From the IMG/VR virus record IMGVR_UViG_3300042507_004106: 64,000 bases of DNA; one strand, given 5' to 3'. The position numbers were made by a program, and so were the translations under genes. The stretch is from a virus (Duplodnaviria; Caudoviricetes). Of this stretch, positions 1 through 8,456 are shown one piece after another. Each line of letters starts with the position of its first letter. Positions within the stretch are counted from its first letter, which is position 1. Below the pieces are notes generated by a model. The model saw nothing but the letters and a program-made list of their open reading frames with translations, had not been told where the DNA came from and made no database searches.

Positions 1-445
1 ACCAATCTTCAACAATACTACAAATATGCTCCCTATCAACATTAGAGTAGGGGTCAAGATTAGCAAAAAGAGTAGTAGGTTTTGGTTTATAATAATCATC
101 TTCTCTTACCTTCTCTTCATATGCTGCATGAAAACCTGCTTGGAAACCTGCCCACCTCATATCATCATACTCGGAATCAGTTTCTAATTCAGGATATTGC
201 CCCCACCAATCTTTATATGCTTCTTCTACTGGTGATTTATGCTTCTCAATCTCTTCCAGAAGAGAAAGTTTGGATTTGAGCATTTTGATTTCTTGTTTTA
301 GAAGTTCAATTTCTTTATTGGAATTCATTTGTTTAAGATAAGGAGTAGCATCCATCACACCATCTTTGATTGCTTGTCTAAAAGCATTACGCAGACCTTC
401 ATCTACCTGCTCTGGTGTTTGTGGTGTTGGTTGATATTCAGTCAT
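1..445 (-). CDS. Hypothetical phage protein, truncated by the window's left edge
   Basis: ATG at 445 overlaps the upstream stop (ATGA); frame MTEYQPTPQTPEQVDEGLRNAF... stays open to position 1. Confidence 0.7.
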   Translation of the reverse strand, partial: MTEYQPTPQTPEQVDEGLRNAFRQAIKDGVMDATPYLKQMNSNKEIELLKQEIKMLKSKLSLLEEIEKHKSPVEEAYKDWWGQYPELETDSEYDDMRWAGFQAGFHAAYEEKVREDDYYKPKPTTLFANLDPYSNVDREHICSIVEDW

Positions 446-729
446 CGTTTAAACAACCTCTCATTTACTCTGCGTAATGCTTCATTATAACCCAAATACC
501 ATTCGGGCAAACCAAGACCTTCAGCACACCCTGGAATACGCTCCCTAATCAAATCCATAACCCTATCAGTCAGTTGATCACAATCAATACCATATCCAAC
601 TTTCTTCCCAAGTTCTTCCCAGAGTTTATCATAAAAACTCTTAGGTTCTACTACTTTCTGATACTTCACTCCCATAATGGTTGCATAGTCTCCCTCAATG
701 AGAACTTTTGAGATGTCGGTTTCAGTCAT
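442..729 (-). CDS. Hypothetical protein
   Basis: 95-aa ORF, start/stop-coupled to neighbours. Confidence 0.7.
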   Translation of the reverse strand: MTETDISKVLIEGDYATIMGVKYQKVVEPKSFYDKLWEELGKKVGYGIDCDQLTDRVMDLIRERIPGCAEGLGLPEWYLGYNEALRRVNERLFKR

Positions 730-973
730 TGTCGGTCAGTCCTACTTGTTCTTCCAGTTTAGCATAGTTTGCTGCTTCCCAACCAGCAACGAATGCGGAA
801 TGTATCCAACCATACATCATATCTTCACGGGTCTTTTCGTCTTCTACTTTACAGTCCCCATAAAACCACTCCGAACGAAAGGTATAAGGACTATAGAAGT
901 CGTTGAACCATTTTACAAAAGCATCCTCTGCTTCATCGTGAAAGTTCCAGTTGTTGGTTGGATGTTTAGTCAT
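722..973 (-). CDS. Hypothetical protein (start revised to MTKHPTNNW)
   Basis: ATG at 973 overlaps the end of the 966-1151 ORF, avoiding a long overlap. Confidence 0.65.
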   Translation of the reverse strand: MTKHPTNNWNFHDEAEDAFVKWFNDFYSPYTFRSEWFYGDCKVEDEKTREDMMYGWIHSAFVAGWEAANYAKLEEQVGLTDND

Positions 974-1151
974 AAGTCTTCGGTTGCTGTGGGTCTTGAT
1001 ACCACACTTTAGTATAGCACAAGTGTGGTTCAGTTTTATGGTCCATTTGTGCCATCCAGTGGAAGCCATAACCATCAACAGCATCAAGGTAATGAATACC
1101 TGTCTTGGGGTCAATCGTTCTGGTGACTGATATAAACTTTACTGTTATCAT
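966..1151 (-). CDS. Hypothetical protein
   Basis: 61-aa ORF fitting the tiled - strand array. Confidence 0.6.
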   Translation of the reverse strand: MITVKFISVTRTIDPKTGIHYLDAVDGYGFHWMAQMDHKTEPHLCYTKVWYQDPQQPKTYD

Positions 1152-1178
1152 TTTACTCCAAGCAAGTCCTTTTCAAAA

Positions 1179-1292
1179 TCAGTCAAGGTCAGGATTTTCT
1201 TGATTGGTTTCTTCACGAATGTCCCATTCAAGACACTGAAGGTGCCCCTGTTGGTCTTCAATAAAGTAGTTGAGCGTATCAATCATAGACAT
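1179..1292 (-). CDS. Small hypothetical protein (MSMIDTLNYFIEDQ..., 37 aa)
   Basis: TAATG coupling with the upstream gene; fills the gap in the array. Confidence 0.4.
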   Translation of the reverse strand: MSMIDTLNYFIEDQQGHLQCLEWDIREETNQENPDLD

Positions 1293-1504
1293 TAGAGCAC
1301 CTCCCAGTGAGCATCAGACTTATCACCAAATCGGTTTGTACCAGTTCTTGTGCTAACCCAGAAGAAGTATTTGCGATTTTCTGATGCCAAGAATAACTCA
1401 CCACCAGTGTCTTGTTCTACAATACAAACAGGATTATTTTCCATCAGGTTCGCTAGACGATTCTTCGCCTTGCTGCTTTTGGGTTTGACTGTTACTTTTC
1501 TCAT
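1292..1504 (-). CDS. Hypothetical protein (start revised to MRKVTVKPKSSKAKNRLAN)
   Basis: ORF track; basic N-terminus typical of cyanomyophage small ORFs. Confidence 0.65.
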   Translation of the reverse strand: MRKVTVKPKSSKAKNRLANLMENNPVCIVEQDTGGELFLASENRKYFFWVSTRTGTNRFGDKSDAHWEVL

Positions 1505-1721
1505 TTTGAATCTCAAGCTTAAGTTTGCGAATACTAGTAATAAAGTAAGCGAAGTCACGGACTTCGGTGATAGGTTTGGTTTCTCCACACACATCACACT
1601 TAGACTCGTAGACCGACGAACAACCTACACTATAAACCCCATAGGTTTTTCCACAATCAAAACAAGTGTTATAAGCATTCTCAAGTTTCTTGAGTAGTGC
1701 CTTCTTCTCTTTGAGGTTCAT
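1434..1721 (-). CDS. Hypothetical protein with two CxxC pairs (possible Zn ribbon)
   Basis: TCFDCG ... KCDVCG; start revised to MNLKEKK. Confidence 0.6.
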   Translation of the reverse strand: MNLKEKKALLKKLENAYNTCFDCGKTYGVYSVGCSSVYESKCDVCGETKPITEVRDFAYFITSIRKLKLEIQNEKSNSQTQKQQGEESSSEPDGK

Positions 1722-1881
1722 AGTAGAGTTCAACTCCATACTTGTTTTTGAGGTTGTCTGTGAGGTAATCATACAGCAGATAGGCAAACCCGTAGTGGGG
1801 TCTTGTGCCGCTTTCTAAACTGGAACTGGTCGCTACCGTCCACATAATATCCAGTGCTTTCTTATCAGGTAGGTTCTTCAT
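1681..1881 (-). CDS. Hypothetical protein
   Basis: ORF track; tiled array. Confidence 0.6.
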   Translation of the reverse strand: MKNLPDKKALDIMWTVATSSSLESGTRPHYGFAYLLYDYLTDNLKNKYGVELYYEPQREEGTTQET

Positions 1882-2212
1882 CTTCTAACTCCACATCTTT
1901 TACAAGATCTTTAAGGTCATTAAAAAAATCTTCGGTCAACGGTATCAGTTTCTCTTCACCTCTATCAATTCTGTCACACATTTCCATCAAATATTCAAGA
2001 AACTCTTTGGGGTAAGTTTCATCCATATTGATGCTACACCAGAACCACTGATAACATTCTTCATAGGGATCATCAGTTTTCAACAGAGCATAATCAGCGT
2101 AGTTTCCACTGATAAGATCTCTCCACATCTTGAAGTTGTTCCACATCTCCCTCCAACCAGTCTGAAGGCAGTGTCCAAAATAATATTCAAACCAATTCAG
2201 TTTCGTCTTCAT
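1865..2212 (-). CDS. Hypothetical protein
   Basis: 115-aa ORF; tiled array. Confidence 0.7.
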   Translation of the reverse strand: MKTKLNWFEYYFGHCLQTGWREMWNNFKMWRDLISGNYADYALLKTDDPYEECYQWFWCSINMDETYPKEFLEYLMEMCDRIDRGEEKLIPLTEDFFNDLKDLVKDVELEDEEPT

Positions 2213-2459
2213 CTATCTCTTCCAGTCGTTCCCAATTCCAAGTGTACTCAATAAAACCAATATCAAACCCGAACTTATATGCCCAGAACATAATACTCAA
2301 AGCACTACCAGTTCCAGATTTGATTTGAATGTATGGCCAACCAGGAAAGTCATTCCAAGACACTGACGCCTGAAGAAGTGCCCATCGTTTGTTATGAAGA
2401 ATTTGAACATACCATTCGTGTCCAAAGTCTTCGTGATGTCTAAAGGAGATAAGTTTCAT
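2187..2459 (-). CDS. Hypothetical protein
   Basis: 90-aa ORF; ATGA coupling. Confidence 0.7.
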   Translation of the reverse strand: MKLISFRHHEDFGHEWYVQILHNKRWALLQASVSWNDFPGWPYIQIKSGTGSALSIMFWAYKFGFDIGFIEYTWNWERLEEIDEDETELV

Positions 2460-2650
2460 TGATTAAGTTCCTCAGCAAGTTGTAGCATATCGTTCTTATC
2501 CAAAACGATCATATCGTTCTGTGCATTATACCACTTAACAGTTTCTGCTGCCACTCGGAGAATTGAAGCAACCAACTTTTCTTCTGTATCTGCTCCAGAG
2601 TTTCGCGCTTCCCAAATGGAGTTCATCAATGCTTGTGCTCTATCAGTCAT
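2456..2650 (-). CDS. Hypothetical protein (start revised to MTDRAQALM)
   Basis: ORF track; start overlaps the upstream gene end. Confidence 0.65.
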   Translation of the reverse strand: MTDRAQALMNSIWEARNSGADTEEKLVASILRVAAETVKWYNAQNDMIVLDKNDMLQLAEELNQ

Positions 2651-2828
2651 TTTTATAATCATCCTCAAAATCAAACCATTCATATATAGAATTCATTGCA
2701 CCCTCAACCACACAGTCAACCACAGCATCCTCATGTGGTTTCTCTACATGTTTATGAGCACGGTTATATCCATATCTTACGCCTTCTTCCAACGCCATTT
2801 CAAGAACTTTACGAAAGTTGGGTTTCAT
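2643..2828 (-). CDS. Hypothetical protein
   Basis: 61-aa ORF; tiled array. Confidence 0.65.
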   Translation of the reverse strand: MKPNFRKVLEMALEEGVRYGYNRAHKHVEKPHEDAVVDCVVEGAMNSIYEWFDFEDDYKND

Positions 2829-2829
2829 A

Positions 2830-3039
2830 TCAATAAGGAAGTGACTTCAAACCATTCAAAACTTCTTGAAATCGTTCAGCACGACTCTTGTGGTGCTGTA
2901 CATTCTCTTCAAGCACACTTACAATATCGTCCAGAACAACATCTACAGACGCATCAGTATCAAAGTATTTTTGGACTGCTTCGGCAAGGTAGCGCCGCCG
3001 ACTCCATTCCATACTATAGGGTTTATAGTCCATAATCAT
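2830..3039 (-). CDS. Hypothetical protein
   Basis: 69-aa ORF directly downstream of a sigma70-type promoter. Confidence 0.65.
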   Translation of the reverse strand: MIMDYKPYSMEWSRRRYLAEAVQKYFDTDASVDVVLDDIVSVLEENVQHHKSRAERFQEVLNGLKSLPY

Positions 3040-3054
3040 AGTGTATATGTTGGT

Positions 3055-3083
3055 ATTATAGGGTATCTAAAGCGTTTCGTCAA
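3055..3083 (-). promoter_or_regulatory. Sigma70-type (early) promoter TTGACG-N17-TATAAT
   Basis: Near-consensus boxes with 17-nt spacer, heading the small-ORF array. Confidence 0.75.
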
Positions 3084-3283
3084 CCCCGATTTTTTCTATC
3101 ATACTGATGCCATTTGCACCATCCATCAGGTGAAATCTTGCCCTTTACAGCAGTACAAGCATTAGGTGGTCTCCACATATTGCAGTTAGAGCATTTCTCA
3201 TTACCCTTTGGTTCATCAATGTAACCTGCTGTTGCTTTGGATGACTTTTCTTCTTCAGAAAGAAATTCATTGAATGACTTCAT
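3080..3283 (-). CDS. High-potential iron-sulfur protein (HiPIP)-like, with a T4-type capsid-targeting-like N-terminus
   Basis: AGYIDEPKGNEKCSNCNMWRPPNACTAVKGKISPDGWC matches the small-HiPIP four-Cys pattern. Start revised to ATG 3283 (TAATG coupling, GGAGG upstream), giving MKSFNEFLSEE. Confidence 0.8.
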   Translation of the reverse strand: MKSFNEFLSEEEKSSKATAGYIDEPKGNEKCSNCNMWRPPNACTAVKGKISPDGWCKWHQYDRKNRG

Positions 3284-3606
3284 TAGTCTCTTTGCCTCCA
3301 ATCGGTTTCGTCATCATCTCTCTTGAACCAATCGTGCAAATCTTCAGGAGAATCAAATCCACGAAGACCAAATCTTTCGTGTCCCAATCCACCCAAATCT
3401 AACTGATTCATGAAGTCATCCAAATCACCCTCAACCATATTAGGATTTTCTGCTTTTCTTCTTGCCTGACGAAGCATTGTTCCAGCAGAGCGATTTGCTT
3501 TTGCAAGTTTCTCTGCCCAAATCATATCTTCTAAACTTACTTCTTCATGAAGTACAATCTTCTCACAAATTGCTTCAAGACGCAGGCGATATTGTGTAGA
3601 AAGCAT
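3283..3606 (-). CDS. Hypothetical protein (cyanomyophage-type, MLSTQYRLRLEAIC...)
   Basis: 107-aa ORF following a late promoter. Confidence 0.75.
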   Translation of the reverse strand: MLSTQYRLRLEAICEKIVLHEEVSLEDMIWAEKLAKANRSAGTMLRQARRKAENPNMVEGDLDDFMNQLDLGGLGHERFGLRGFDSPEDLHDWFKRDDDETDWRQRD

Positions 3607-3626
3607 AGGTGTTACTGGATATAGGG

Positions 3627-3860
3627 TTATTTATTTTTATATTCGTTCATTAACTCCTTTGCGAGTTTCATAGAACGCCGCCACATTAGATACTTCACAA
3701 TCGGATTCTTAGGATTATAAAGTATCCACCACTTCATTTTTTCATACTCAACTCTAAGCAATTGAGTAAGCATATAGAATGCTTTTGCTATTGATTGATC
3801 GGTAATAATCAGATAAGCAATGCAAAAAAATATAATGAAGTAGATATATGACGTACTCAT
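3627..3860 (-). CDS. Hypothetical membrane protein
   Basis: 77 aa with a hydrophobic N-terminus. Confidence 0.65.
   Translation of the reverse strand: MSTSYIYFIIFFCIAYLIITDQSIAKAFYMLTQLLRVEYEKMKWWILYNPKNPIVKYLMWRRSMKLAKELMNEYKNK
3628..3635 (-). promoter_or_regulatory. T4-type late promoter AATAAATA
   Basis: Matches the (T/N)ATAAATA late consensus ~22 nt upstream of ATG 3606. Confidence 0.55.
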
Positions 3861-4018
3861 TTTCTTAGAGTTTTCAAATATTCTAACACATTATCACGAA
3901 CATACATCAACTCATTGTAACATTTCTGGTCGTGTGCTGCTTGCCTTAGTTCGGAATCTGGTTTATGAACCGATTCAATAAACAAGTCTAAACCACGATT
4001 CCATTGATCATTTGTCAT
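3857..4018 (-). CDS. Small hypothetical protein (MTNDQWNRGLDLFIESVHKPD..., 53 aa)
   Basis: Read manually; ATGA coupling to the next gene. Confidence 0.65.
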   Translation of the reverse strand: MTNDQWNRGLDLFIESVHKPDSELRQAAHDQKCYNELMYVRDNVLEYLKTLRK

Positions 4019-4178
4019 CTTTTTTAATAGTTACAGGACAAAAGGGAATCGCCTTACGAACTTCTTGAATGATTTCCGATTTCTGAATCGGAGTTAGTCC
4101 AGTAACTTTTGTAAGACGATGAATGATACTCAAGGCATCAGCACAAGATATGGTTGTTGTAAGTAACAGAGATACCAT
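4008..4178 (-). CDS. Small hypothetical protein (MVSLLLTTTISCADAL..., 56 aa)
   Basis: Read manually; overlaps the next start. Confidence 0.6.
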   Translation of the reverse strand: MVSLLLTTTISCADALSIIHRLTKVTGLTPIQKSEIIQEVRKAIPFCPVTIKKDDK

Positions 4179-4202
4179 TACCTTCTCCCATATTTGTAAT
4201 AT

Positions 4203-4409
4203 TTATTGGGTAAATCCCTTACTCTTAACCTTTTTTTTATCTTTGACGATTATAACATCTAAAAAATCTGGAATCTGTGAGTTTTGATACCAATACACCT
4301 GAACGTCCTCCCAATTGTCGAAAAATACCTTTTTGTTATTTTTCAGCACAACTTCGTAGTTGTGCCTATCATAAGGGACATCAGATGTGCAAGTAAATGT
4401 TTGAGTCAT
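4203..4409 (-). CDS. Hypothetical protein
   Basis: 68-aa ORF; ATGA coupling. Confidence 0.7.
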   Translation of the reverse strand: MTQTFTCTSDVPYDRHNYEVVLKNNKKVFFDNWEDVQVYWYQNSQIPDFLDVIIVKDKKKVKSKGFTQ

Positions 4410-4627
4410 AGAAATTGTTTGAGAGATGCAACCGATGCACCTTTTGCGGACTTTTGGATGTAGGTTTTTGCGGACTTAAAGTTGTTAGCAGTATGAACCT
4501 GCTGACCGTTATGGAGAATTACAAACTTCTTTCCCCAGGGAACTGCTGCCCATTCTCCATTCTTAGTCACATATCCGTTCGGATCTCCTGGTTTTGCATT
4601 CAGGAGACCTTCGTTTTGAATGTTCAT
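4406..4627 (-). CDS. Hypothetical protein
   Basis: 73-aa ORF; ATGA coupling. Confidence 0.7.
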   Translation of the reverse strand: MNIQNEGLLNAKPGDPNGYVTKNGEWAAVPWGKKFVILHNGQQVHTANNFKSAKTYIQKSAKGASVASLKQFL

Positions 4628-4767
4628 CCGAATACTGCAGTCACACCAATCACTTTAGCACTTGGATTGCGGGCAAGTGCAGTACGCCTAGCATCCTGAT
4701 AATCTTTTGCCTCTACGATCTCATCAAAGACCTTACCAGCAACAAACAGTTGAACTTTGCAGCGCAT
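4624..4767 (-). CDS. Small hypothetical protein (start revised to MRCKVQLFVAGKVF, 47 aa)
   Basis: AAGGAGG RBS upstream of ATG 4767. Confidence 0.7.
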   Translation of the reverse strand: MRCKVQLFVAGKVFDEIVEAKDYQDARRTALARNPSAKVIGVTAVFG

Positions 4768-4838
4768 TGGGGGATTCCTCCTTGTGTTTGAGTATTGTAG
4801 GGCAGAATGATAGCAGAGTGAAGCAGAGTGTGCCAGTT

Positions 4839-5318
4839 TTAAGACCGTCTTTTCTTCCTCCATTCTCTCATATAAAGTGCGTGGGCGCTTATCTGCTCCT
4901 CTGGGAGGCGCTTTCCCTTGTTCCAAGCAGTTCTGCCCTTTAGAGAGTCTTTCATCGCTTGTAGGGTCTCTGGGGTGTGCCTGCGACCGTAAAAACCATT
5001 CATATCACCACTTCTCTTCTTACAATTTTCTTTATGCCTTTCAGTACCAAAGTATCCAGTATCTCCACCTGCTCCACCTTCACTTTTATTGTATAGAATG
5101 CCAGTTTTTATATCCTTCCTACCAAATACAGCAATCATATAAACTTCGTGCTTAAATGCGTCTTCTTCAGTTAAGTTATTTTTAAGGATAAGTATCCTTT
5201 CTTTTGGTGGAACAGTATGAAATCCGTGCTTAACATACGCACGATTTCCTTTCCCCTTACCAATATAATAAGGTGTGCCGTCTTCACGCAAGTATGCGTA
5301 AGTGTAGTATTCTTTCAT
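4839..5318 (-). mobile_element. Free-standing GIY-YIG homing endonuclease with NUMOD3-like C-terminus
   Basis: YYTYAYLREDGTPYYIGKGKGNR catalytic motif; FYGRRHTPETLQAMK...AWNKGK tail. Confidence 0.85.
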
Positions 5319-5399
5319 TGTAGGTCTTGGCGAGACTATATCTATTTATTATAGCATAAAGGTGGGACTTACGCAACTACATTTCCGCCAAGACCTACA
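5319..5399 (-). promoter_or_regulatory. 14-bp inverted repeat abutting the endonuclease ATG, enclosing sigma70-type and late promoters
   Basis: TGTAGGTCTTGGCG (5319-5332) / CGCCAAGACCTACA (5386-5399); TTGCGT-N17-TATAAT (5348-5376); AATAAATA (5343-5350). Confidence 0.75.
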
Positions 5400-5417
5400 G
5401 TTGCTGCCCACATATAT

Positions 5418-6599
5418 CTATCTCTTGACTATACTATCAAGCATCTCACCACGACCAAAGATGGTATCAACAACATTCTGAAGTCGCTTTTCGGTGGAAA
5501 TACCAACTTGAGAGTAAATAGGCACGACACACAAACCAAAGGTCTTACAATCACTACCCTTACGAAGAACTCGTCCAATAGTTTGGGTCATCTCAATCAC
5601 ATCCATATTACGAAGGAAAACCACAGTTTCCAACTCACTAATATTAATACCTTCACTCAATATGCTTCTATGGAGACAAACAAACTTTTTGTTAGAGTTT
5701 TTTCCCCAAGCATTAAGAGTATCAAAGAAAACCTCACGGTTGACTTTCTGACCGTCAATCACGGCACCAGTCTTACTGGTGATATAAAGATAAGAATATC
5801 CCATATCATTCAGTTGAGTAGCAAAATCAGTTTGCGACATCAAGTTGATAAGTTGTTTAGCACTCTTAACGCAAACAAGAACCTTGCTGGTGCTATTTTC
5901 TTGTAGAGTTTCTATAATATTGTTACAGTCACGGTCGGCAGAAATCTCATTTGCTTTAAGCACCTCAAACTTCTTTGCTTTAATAACTGGAGGAAGGATA
6001 TAACCCTCTTCCACCAGTTTAGGAGCAGGAACACGGTAAATAATATCACCATAAACGGCAACATCATTCATCCCAGGCTTGGAAATAGTCGCAGAAGTCC
6101 GACGAGTAGCAGTAAAGAAATAGCAGCGGTCAGCATTAGCAGCGAAATGCTCCGTAGCAGGGAAAAAGTGACGCTGAACGCTGTTGTGTGCCTCATCAAA
6201 GTAAATGGTATCAACTTGAATGTCTGCCTGCTGCAGACGCTGCAGGGAGTTGTAGGTGGTGAAAATCAGTTGATGCTTATAGGCACGGCGAGACCAGTTA
6301 TGAATCTCAGAAGGTTTGGTGGTGCTTTGGTGATGCGTCTCACCACTATGAACGTGCAGAACAGCAGCAGTCGTGATAAACTCAAGAAACTCAGAAGACA
6401 GTTGCTCGGCAAGCATAATGCGAGGAGCAACCACTACAATCGTCTTAGGAGCATCGGATTGAAACTCACGCAGAGCATCAAAGATAGCAACGTTGGTCTT
6501 ACCACCACCAGTCGGAAAAATAACCTGACCTTTACGATACTGCAGCAGGGCATCCAGAGCACGTTGCTGGTGAGGACGGAGTTGAATCACAGGTCTCAT
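5418..6599 (-). CDS. Superfamily 2 (DEAH/ResIII-like) helicase
   Basis: LRPHQ Q-motif, PTGGGKT Walker A, FDEAH motif II, TAT motif III, QTIGRVLR motif VI. Confidence 0.9.
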   Translation of the reverse strand: MRPVIQLRPHQQRALDALLQYRKGQVIFPTGGGKTNVAIFDALREFQSDAPKTIVVVAPRIMLAEQLSSEFLEFITTAAVLHVHSGETHHQSTTKPSEIHNWSRRAYKHQLIFTTYNSLQRLQQADIQVDTIYFDEAHNSVQRHFFPATEHFAANADRCYFFTATRRTSATISKPGMNDVAVYGDIIYRVPAPKLVEEGYILPPVIKAKKFEVLKANEISADRDCNNIIETLQENSTSKVLVCVKSAKQLINLMSQTDFATQLNDMGYSYLYITSKTGAVIDGQKVNREVFFDTLNAWGKNSNKKFVCLHRSILSEGINISELETVVFLRNMDVIEMTQTIGRVLRKGSDCKTFGLCVVPIYSQVGISTEKRLQNVVDTIFGRGEMLDSIVKR

Positions 6600-6612
6600 C
6601 GCGTATGAAACT

Positions 6613-6737
6613 ATTATAGCAGAAAACCGCCCCTGGTGCGACCCAGTGGACGGTTCTCAAAGTGTCCTTGAAGAGGCTTAGATTCTCATCTTCAACCCAG
6701 ACAAAGGTAGTCTAGCAGCATTATGGGGTTAAGTCAA
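6613..6737 (-). promoter_or_regulatory. Tandem early-promoter/stem-loop cassette upstream of the helicase
   Basis: TTGACT-N17-TAGACT (6709-6737); hairpin TTGAAGA/TCTTCAA; stem-loop 6625-6655; TG-n-TATAAT (6613-6621). Confidence 0.55.
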
Positions 6738-6740
6738 GTA

Positions 6741-8420
6741 TCAGTGGAAATCAACCCAACCAGTTCCTGTGTATCCTTGGAACTTACCAGCATCTGTGTT
6801 AAAAATAACAGATCCAGTGCTTGTAGAAAGTCCTGTTCTTTCTGCGTTTGTGTAAGTAGGAAGAACTAATTCAGTGGTAGCAAACACGGTTGATATGCTA
6901 GCAGTGTTTGAAACATTTAAGGATTCTGAGTTTATATTAGATAAGTTTGCAGTTCCAGTACCATTTCCAAATGAAGATGCAGTAATTATTCCAGAAATAT
7001 TGGCGTAAGTGCTATTAACTGCAGTTGCAGAAATTGTAGTTGCGGTTACGGTCCCACTTGCTTTTACATTTCCAGAAGAACTAATTCCAACTCCATTTAT
7101 ACTATCTGGATTACCACCAACTTGGAGACTATAAGATGTTGGTGATGTACTCGTAGATACTCCTAAGGTTCCAACTAATTGAGAGTTGAATAGAATTGTT
7201 CCTGTAACTGAAAGAGACCCTCCAACAGTTAAGTTACCTGCAATGGTTGAAGCTCCACCAACATATGAACTTCCAGTTACAGTGGATGTTCCAACAACAT
7301 CAAGAGTGCTAATTGGGTTTGCTTGATTAATTCCCAACTTACCATCATAAGTTAAAGTCATTAATGATGTATTTGGATTTTGACCATAAATCCAATTGAA
7401 GTTTCCTGTACCTACACCAGCACTTCCGTACTGTAGATAATAGTTGACATTTCCATCATCATAGTTTATAATATCTAAAGATTGATCAGTGCTATAAACA
7501 TAAGATAGATTGCTGTTTCCAAATCTAATTCTACCTACACCCTTACCTGAACTATCAGATCTTGCTACAGAAATACTTGCTTCATTAGATACACTTTGAA
7601 TGTGAACTGAAGATATTCCAGATTGTCTAATGTATACTTGAGTTGTAGGATTATCTGTACCTACACCAACTTTTTGATTTACAAGTAAATTATTAGTAAC
7701 AGTTGCAACTCCAATAGAAGCACCAGATACTGAAATTATAGAGGTGGTTGTAATACCATTTGCAGTTGATGCCGTTCCAGTTAGATTTCCAACAAAGGAT
7801 CCTGCTGTAATAATTCCAGATACAATAATATTTGAAGGAAGCCTAGATGTGCTTATTGTTCCTGTGCTGATATTATCAGCATTTAACGCTGTAATATTTC
7901 CACCATCACCAACAAAAGCATTTGCTGTAACTATACCACTTACCTTGATATCGCCAGTTGAGTTAAACCCAACTCCAGAACTTGTGTCTGGACTTCCACC
8001 AACCTGGAAGTAATAATAAGGATAATTTGTTGCTACTCCAACAGCACCAGCAGCGTAAATACTAGTTATTCCAATCCCCGTATTAACATCAACCCATTGG
8101 GATGTTGGAATATTGATAAGTCCAGAACCATCTCCATAGAAAGTCGCAACACCAACTGATGAAGTAATAATACCAGAACTAATTGTAACAGTACCATCAG
8201 TTAAGGATGTAAATGTACCTATTCCAGGTACAAGTAAATTAGAAATTGTAGCACTTGTCGCAGTGATGAGACCAACTACTTTTGTAGTTCCTCTAATATC
8301 TAAAATCTCAGTAGGTACTGAAGTTCCAACTCCAACTAAACCGTTTGAATTTACGATAAAATTATCATCATCAACCTGAACACCATTCCTAAGATTAAAT
8401 GACTTTCTATAATTTGCCAT
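6741..8420 (-). CDS. Virion structural / fibre-like protein
   Basis: 559 aa, Gly/Ser/Thr-rich with repeated VG(V/I)GT and SGIITA motifs typical of cyanomyophage tail proteins; AATAAATA late promoter upstream. Confidence 0.75.
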   Translation of the reverse strand: MANYRKSFNLRNGVQVDDDNFIVNSNGLVGVGTSVPTEILDIRGTTKVVGLITATSATISNLLVPGIGTFTSLTDGTVTISSGIITSSVGVATFYGDGSGLINIPTSQWVDVNTGIGITSIYAAGAVGVATNYPYYYFQVGGSPDTSSGVGFNSTGDIKVSGIVTANAFVGDGGNITALNADNISTGTISTSRLPSNIIVSGIITAGSFVGNLTGTASTANGITTTSIISVSGASIGVATVTNNLLVNQKVGVGTDNPTTQVYIRQSGISSVHIQSVSNEASISVARSDSSGKGVGRIRFGNSNLSYVYSTDQSLDIINYDDGNVNYYLQYGSAGVGTGNFNWIYGQNPNTSLMTLTYDGKLGINQANPISTLDVVGTSTVTGSSYVGGASTIAGNLTVGGSLSVTGTILFNSQLVGTLGVSTSTSPTSYSLQVGGNPDSINGVGISSSGNVKASGTVTATTISATAVNSTYANISGIITASSFGNGTGTANLSNINSESLNVSNTASISTVFATTELVLPTYTNAERTGLSTSTGSVIFNTDAGKFQGYTGTGWVDFH

Positions 8421-8456
8421 TTGTAGCTGCTTTATTTAAAGTATTTATTTTTAAAA

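Noticed and set aside
1151-1181. Two close in-frame TGAs suggesting UGA read-through or recoding
   Set aside because: Many core genes end in TGA with ATGA/TGATG coupling, so TGA is a stop here.
4624-4926. 100-aa version of this ORF from the ORF track
   Set aside because: It overlaps the GIY-YIG gene; a strong RBS supports the shorter start at 4767.
5418-6599. Helicase as a type I/III restriction subunit
   Set aside because: No adjacent methyltransferase or specificity gene and no nuclease domain seen; fits a stand-alone phage SF2 helicase.
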